Source of the DNA: Plasmodiophora brassicae
Lineage: Eukaryota
NCBI GenBank assembly: GCA_036867785.1
Contig: CP145411.1
Location: 1,302,001 to 1,366,000, forward strand
Length of the DNA: 64,000 nt
Direction: 5' to 3'
The first letter of the stretch is position 1. Every line of letters starts with the position of its first letter. The position numbers and the translations under genes are program-made. Shown here piece by piece: positions 58,136-64,000 of the stretch. The notes below the pieces were generated by a model. That model did not search any database, was not told the DNA's origin, and saw nothing but the letters and a program-made list of their open reading frames with translations.

Positions 58136-59922
58136 TTACGCGAAGATGTTGACGACGACGAGAGTGGCGGCGAGGAACGGGCCGACGAGGTCGAAATAGG
58201 ATTGCAGGATGTCGAGGAGCTTGCCCCGGGACACGGGCTTCAGGTCGCCGAAGCGGAGGCGGTGTCCCCGGATGTCGAACTCGATGCCGTCGACGGTCGT
58301 CGTTGTCGCTGCCGCTCGGATCGCGGCCGATGCCGACCAGTCGTCGTCGCAGGCCTGGGTCGACACGTCGGAGAACACAACGTAGGCGGAGGTGTCCAGG
58401 GCGGGTAGGCATTGCTCCAGGCTGTGCCACGTGTACCGTTCAGGGCACAGTCTAACGAGAACGGTCAGCCGACGAGCACAACTAGGAGACGCGTGCGACA
58501 TGCGACGACGGACACCTGCGTTGGGGGGAACTGGGCCTTGTACCGCATCTTCGGGCACGTGTGGATGTAGTAGCCGAGGTAGTAGAACTTCAGGTCCCGT
58601 AAGGACGCGTGCGCCTCTGTCGCCATCGATATCTCATGCAGAGCGGAATAGACGCCCAGCGACAGCGCTGCCAGGTCCGGGTCGTAGAAGAAGTAGACGG
58701 ACGAGACCTGCGCGCATCGGCAAGGTCACATCGAGGCGAGCACGCGGTCAACCAACGTCGGGCGCCATACGCATCGTGGGAGGATGTCGACGACGGACAC
58801 GCCAATCAGCCGCCCATCGAACCGGTACTCGACGTGGAACGACCCATACTGGATCGACGGCGCCGACGACGCCGTCTCCACAAGCGGGGTGTCGCAGAGG
58901 AAGTTCTTGTACTGCTCTCGTGTCACACGCGCGATCGGGTCGCCGTGCACCGCCACTTGATAGCGCTGGTACACGAGGAAGGCCTCCTCGCGGAACCGCG
59001 ACCCCACAACCGTCGTCGTGTACCGGACGTACGGCGGCGACGCCGCTGGCGCTTGCTGTGCCGCACGCTTCTGCCGGTCGGCGGCATGGCGTTGGCGTCG
59101 ACTGGCGGCAACGGCGGCGGCCCGTTCTGCAGGCAACGTGAACAGAACGAATCCGTTCGCATCGGCGGCCACACTGACGACATCGCGTAGCTGCATCGAC
59201 GTCAAATCCATCGCGACCTTCTCGGCGACGTCTGCCGGCGTCGCCGAGAAGCCCGTCGATCGCCGCAGGTGACTCGCAATGGCGAACGCGACATTGCACT
59301 GCAACGTGGCCGACTTCTTGAACGTGAACGCTACGTCTCGCGCGTCGAACAGGCGCGCAGCAGCGTCCTGGACGGCGCACCGAAGGTACGACTCGAACTG
59401 GATCGCGTCGGAGTCAACCGGCTCGTTGACGACCTGCATCGAGGCGTCATCGGACGGCTGTCGCGTTCTCGGGCCGTGCTGGATGTACTCGCGAAACCTG
59501 TTTCGAATCTTGCGATGCTTCTTCGTGGGCCGGAACTCCTCAACAGGCAACCGTATCGTCCTGAGGGGGGCAACATCACACGTCGCAGTGGAACACGCCA
59601 TGCCGGCCTGGCGTACCAGTTGGGACAGCACGACCGACGATTGTCGGGCTTGTAGACGTACGTCCCGGATCGTCTCCATCCTCGATCGATGAGCACCTGC
59701 AGCGTCCAGCTGTCACGAACCTGCCAGCGTCGTCGGAACGCGCGCGCGCGCGCCCTGCACCTGGTAGTCGACGGGCGTCAGACGCTCGGCGACGATGCCG
59801 AACGACGACCGCCCCGTGCGGCTGCCCGAGTGGCAGTACCCACACTTGGAGTCTCCCGGGCCGCATATGGCGACCTCGGACCGAGCGCCACCTGGCGCCG
59901 GCCCCTCGATCGCGACGTCCAT
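58136..59922 (-). CDS. ATE1: Arginyl-tRNA--protein transferase, multi-exon
   Basis: [80 protein letters not shown]. Confidence 0.93.
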
Positions 59923-60151
59923 CACCTATCACGACGACGCGGCACCGACGCCAAAAATGGCCTGACGACGAGTGACGGGAACGACCGCATGGTAACAACC
60001 CCGCGCGGAAACTGCACCACGTGTAACGCGTGTACCACTCCACAATACAGGGCAGACCTGCACGGGCGTGATTCGCAATGCAGTCGCCGTTTTTGGACCC
60101 GCAGACAGACGGAGGCGTGCGTACAGACGTTGCAGCAGCGTCGTCCCGGGT

Positions 60152-63100
60152 TTATTTGCTGCGCTTCAGAAAACCGAACACGCTGTTGTCTGGAGGCGAA
60201 CGGTGAGTTTGGCGAATGAGTGCGCGCCGACAGTGTCCCTACGTGCAGGGTTGCGGTCAGCTCCGCCTTCGGCGCGTTGCTGGATGAGTTGCGAGGACAG
60301 CCCGGTCGAGGCCGGCGCCGCATTCAAATCTGCCAGCTGGGTTGTGCGCGTTCGCCTCCCGAACGGAGTCACATCTGTATCCGAGTAAGTACCAGCTATG
60401 GGGACGCATTGCCCGCGTTACCATGGCTGATCTCAGCAAGCGCTGTTGATCGGATGGGTTGCACAGCAGGCGTGTGCCTCGGCTGTGCGGGTCGAGTGGC
60501 AGGGGACGGTGAAAATTCAATAGGAATTACGGGAGGCGACGATTGCCGGCTCTGAACATCATCATCATCGTCTCACGACACGAATAGGCGAGAGAGCGAT
60601 GTTACCTTTGGGGGCGTTGTCGTGCCAGGACTGGCTTTCCTAGGTGACGCCTGCGATTCAGGTACGGCAGGTTTCTCGGCTGGGGCGGCCTCCTTATTGT
60701 TGGGCTTCGAATCAATGAGCAGTCGCATCCGGTTGGCAAGCGCCGTCTGGTTGAGGTGTTCAACGATTGCCAGAGCAACCTTGCGTGATTTCGGCAAATG
60801 AAGTCGGGTCGCCAAGTCGAGAGCACGACTCGGGTTCTCTGACTTACAGGCACGCTTACAATCATTCCCTCAGCAGCCCACACATCAGAGGATCGATGGG
60901 CACGCCCTTACCCGGATCATGTCGATCAGCAGCGCGTCTTTCTGAGCATACAGTTTCCTGAGCGCCTGTTGGTCCGCCGGGCGACTGCTGGTGTCCGATC
61001 GAGCGCAGCGGGCGCTGATCAACATCCCTGTTCGGAACGCAGCTTGCTCAAGGGCAGATGTATCCGACTCGCCAACCAGTAGCGAAAAATGGAACGCTAG
61101 GGGCACAAGGATGGGACGGCAGGACGCCACTGGCCGGTCTTGTCCGCCCTTCAGCAGGCCAACCATAAGCTCGGTTGATGTTGCGCCGACCGGCCAGATC
61201 GATGTCGACCGGGAGCTTGCAATATGCGCTCGACCGTCCAGTACAGGGGTCCACGAATACCATGTCGTCGAATGCCGCACAAGCGCACGAACGTAATACG
61301 CCGAATCCATTGTCAGCAGGACGTCCTTCACAAACACGTTTTGTTAGACCGGGAAGGCACGACGCCGAAAATCGAATCATACGTCTTCTGAGAAGCCGAC
61401 CCACTTCAGAGTGGTGCCAGGTGTGAGCGGGCACCGGCCAACCGACACTTGTCGCAACTGCCGGGTGGGCTTCAGACGACAAGCACAACCGAGACAGCGA
61501 TAAACTAACCTCTTTCGACAGGTCATACACAGCATACTCCAAATCGTCACGATACCCAGAAATGATTGCCAGCTGCGTGGTGTCAGAGCTGAGAGTGCAT
61601 GTCAGATGCACACACGACGACAAGACAACGAGACTCACCCGGCGGTGGCAACCACGGGCCGAGACAGACTGAACATGACCCGGTGAATTCCCGAGAAGCT
61701 CAGAACGCGGACAATGTGGCGATCAGTGACGATGACAGCGGCACGCCCCGCCAAACATAAGCTTAGGACGTCCTCGCCAGATGGCACGGTCATACTGGGG
61801 TGACCACAACGTGTTAGACATGTAATCCGATGCGTCGCACAGGTCCATACCTCCAGTCACTATTGGAAGCCCATGCATCGATTGATCGGTAGAAAACTGT
61901 GGAAGGACGACCTTCACGGGCGGCACTTGCAAATAAGGCCTGGTAATACACCAGTAAACATGTATAGTATCCAGCAACAGCTTGTCCGTCCTACCGAATG
62001 CTTCCCCAGGGATCCGAGGGTGAATCCGAACCTGTCCGACACCCGAATACGCGGACGGGAGTCGACATCTGCGAAATTGATCTGGACCCGCCTTAGCGAG
62101 CCGTCGACTGGAGACGACTCGATTGACCCAAACAGCGTCCAAGCCATTAGGAACGGGTCGCTGCCTGCGCTATGGAGTTAGAGATGCACACAGTTGAAGG
62201 CAGTCACAAACCATCAGGTGCTGTCGCCCCGGGCTGAAACGGCCGATGAAGTCTGTTGGACGGATAATGGTCAAAGACTTCTGATTCATCGTCGGCCATG
62301 TCATCGCCGGGCTCGCCGTCATGTTCATCGTCTTCACCATCTCGCTCAGCACGTCCATCGCGCTTCCACAAACGAGGGCGCTTCCTATCGTTATCTTTTT
62401 CTGGAGACGTTTCTTCCATGGAGGTGTCATTACCACTCCGAAGATCCTCGTCGTCCCCATCGTCGTCTTCCCGGACACGACTTTTGTCACGCTTGCCATC
62501 CCTGGAAACCTCACTTAGACAGAGCAGCACATCATGTAAAATGCCATACACAGGAACAGCACGCTGCTTCTCTGCGAGGTTCTCAACAGGGCCTTCGGAT
62601 ACCAGATCTTTCCATAAGCACAGGTTTCCCATAGTTGTCAGGTAGGCGACATGCGTGTCAGTCGGACACCACCCGATGCCCTGTGAAGATACGATAAGGG
62701 CCCTCAGTTCGCAACGCAAAGCGCAACGCTTCAGACCGCGCACAAATCGACAGTCTCCTTCGTTGTAATCAGCGATCCCGTGAAAGCATTCCAAACAGCA
62801 ATCTTGCGATCCATTCCAGCAGTGGCAATGTAGCGTCCACAGCGGGACCAGCGAACGATCGACACCTGGGACTGCGTCAGCGAAGCGCACAGGAGGCCGC
62901 ATGACCAGACCGACATGATCAGTATGGCCACCCGTCAGCTTGACTGTTGTCTTCCATTTGCCGCCGACGCGTTCCATAATAACGGCATCCGTTCGGGCGG
63001 GTGCTGCTAGCTTCTGGCCACACCAGTCAAGCGACATGGCCTCATCCGAGTCGAACGCGGTTTTAGCCATGACAAAGCTGTCGTGCTCTTTGAAGTCGGC

Positions 63101-63775
63101 CCTGTCGCTGACGTTCCATATGAAAACGCGGCCGTCGACGCCCGCTGACGCCAGCAGTTCCCCAGATTCGTCGAAGGTGACGAACTTCACAGGGCATTTG
63201 TGTCCCGACAGCAAACGCACTTCCGACCGTTGCTCCAAGTTCACGAGTTTGATGTCAACCTCGCTGTTGAACACATCGGTGAACAATGATCCGACACACG
63301 CCTCTGCGGAAACGTACTCGCCGGCGACGGCCAGCCACGTTGATGACGCGTCGAAGGCCACCGACTTAACGTCACCAATGAGTCTTGTCGCGCAGAAGCT
63401 GAACGTCGGCTCCGTGAACCCCGAACCGAACTCGAACACGTTCACGCCATGCCCGGCGGCACACGCGAATCGATGACCCTGCACAGGAACACTCGGCGTC
63501 GAGACCCAGCAAACGCGCACGCGGTACATACATCGCGTTGGAATGCAATGGCAGCGACCGGATCCATTCCGTCCTCCATCTGGACCGACTCCGACATCGT
63601 TTCGACGGCGAACCCCTTGACAACGGCGTCAATCCCGCCCGTGAACACGAACCTGGGGAGCCACGATCACGTCCCGGTCCCGTCGCCTGCGACGCATGCG
63701 CCGATACCTGCCCTGCGGGTGCCATGCGAGGGCGCCCGGCCCCGCCGCATGGGCGAACACGCCGCTCGACGTCAT
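60152..63775 (-). CDS. WDHD1: WDHD1/AND-1/CTF4 replisome WD40 protein, multi-exon; 3' end approximate
   Basis: N-terminal WD40 repeats, acidic linker, RPFQPGAT, FLMAWTLFGSI, WTPVLD..IWPVG (SepB domain), and C-terminal LPKSRKVA..LANR. Confidence 0.85.
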
Positions 63776-64000
63776 GCGCTGCGTCTGCTGCTGCGGTCGC
63801 GCGCGTCGGAGACCGGGGTCACCCCAGACGAAAATGCCGCTGACTCGCGCCCCGCCGCGCCCTGTCCATTGCTCGCGTGCACATACCCACTCGGACGTCC
63901 TTGCATATAAATGTATATAACATAGTAGGTGTATATACGAATGCGGATTCGAAACGACCTGCGCGATGGGCGCAACACCATAACCTGTCGGCCGCATCAT

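Noticed and set aside
20569-63775. Apparent clustering of proteostasis and replisome genes (PA200, ATE1, TRAIP-like, WDHD1)
   Set aside because: They are interspersed with unrelated housekeeping genes and there is no evidence of co-regulation.

Overview
Eukaryotic, GC-rich, gene-dense protist DNA with many short (about 50-70 nt) GT-AG introns. Gene content and style (flagellar PF20/SPAG16, compact intergenic spaces, secreted RING family) suggest a flagellated plant-parasitic protist such as Plasmodiophora brassicae; this is inference only. Bases 1-13.9 kb form a nested transposon island. It holds a Crypton-type tyrosine recombinase gene next to an intron-rich CACTA/EnSpm-type transposase gene and a plant-type mariner remnant interrupted by a hAT-like MITE nested in a second copy of itself. 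It also holds a decayed IS630/Tc1 element with TIRs, a young 1.8-kb non-autonomous LTR element with identical LTRs, and a 70-bp perfect-palindrome micro-element. Bases 14-64 kb hold mostly host genes: divergent kinesin, SPAG16, PA200, CSL4, GT23 fucosyltransferase, R3H/SUZ protein, CYP74-like P450, REJ/GPS receptor, RimK-like ligase, PTEN, AIF-like oxidoreductase, TRAIP-like RING, mitochondrial carrier, ATE1 and WDHD1/CTF4. The two most notable items are a cluster of four intronless signal peptide + NLS + RING-H2 genes plus one pseudogene (candidate host-nucleus-targeted E3-ligase effectors) and a CYP74-clan-like oxylipin P450. Exon boundaries were inferred by eye and are approximate.
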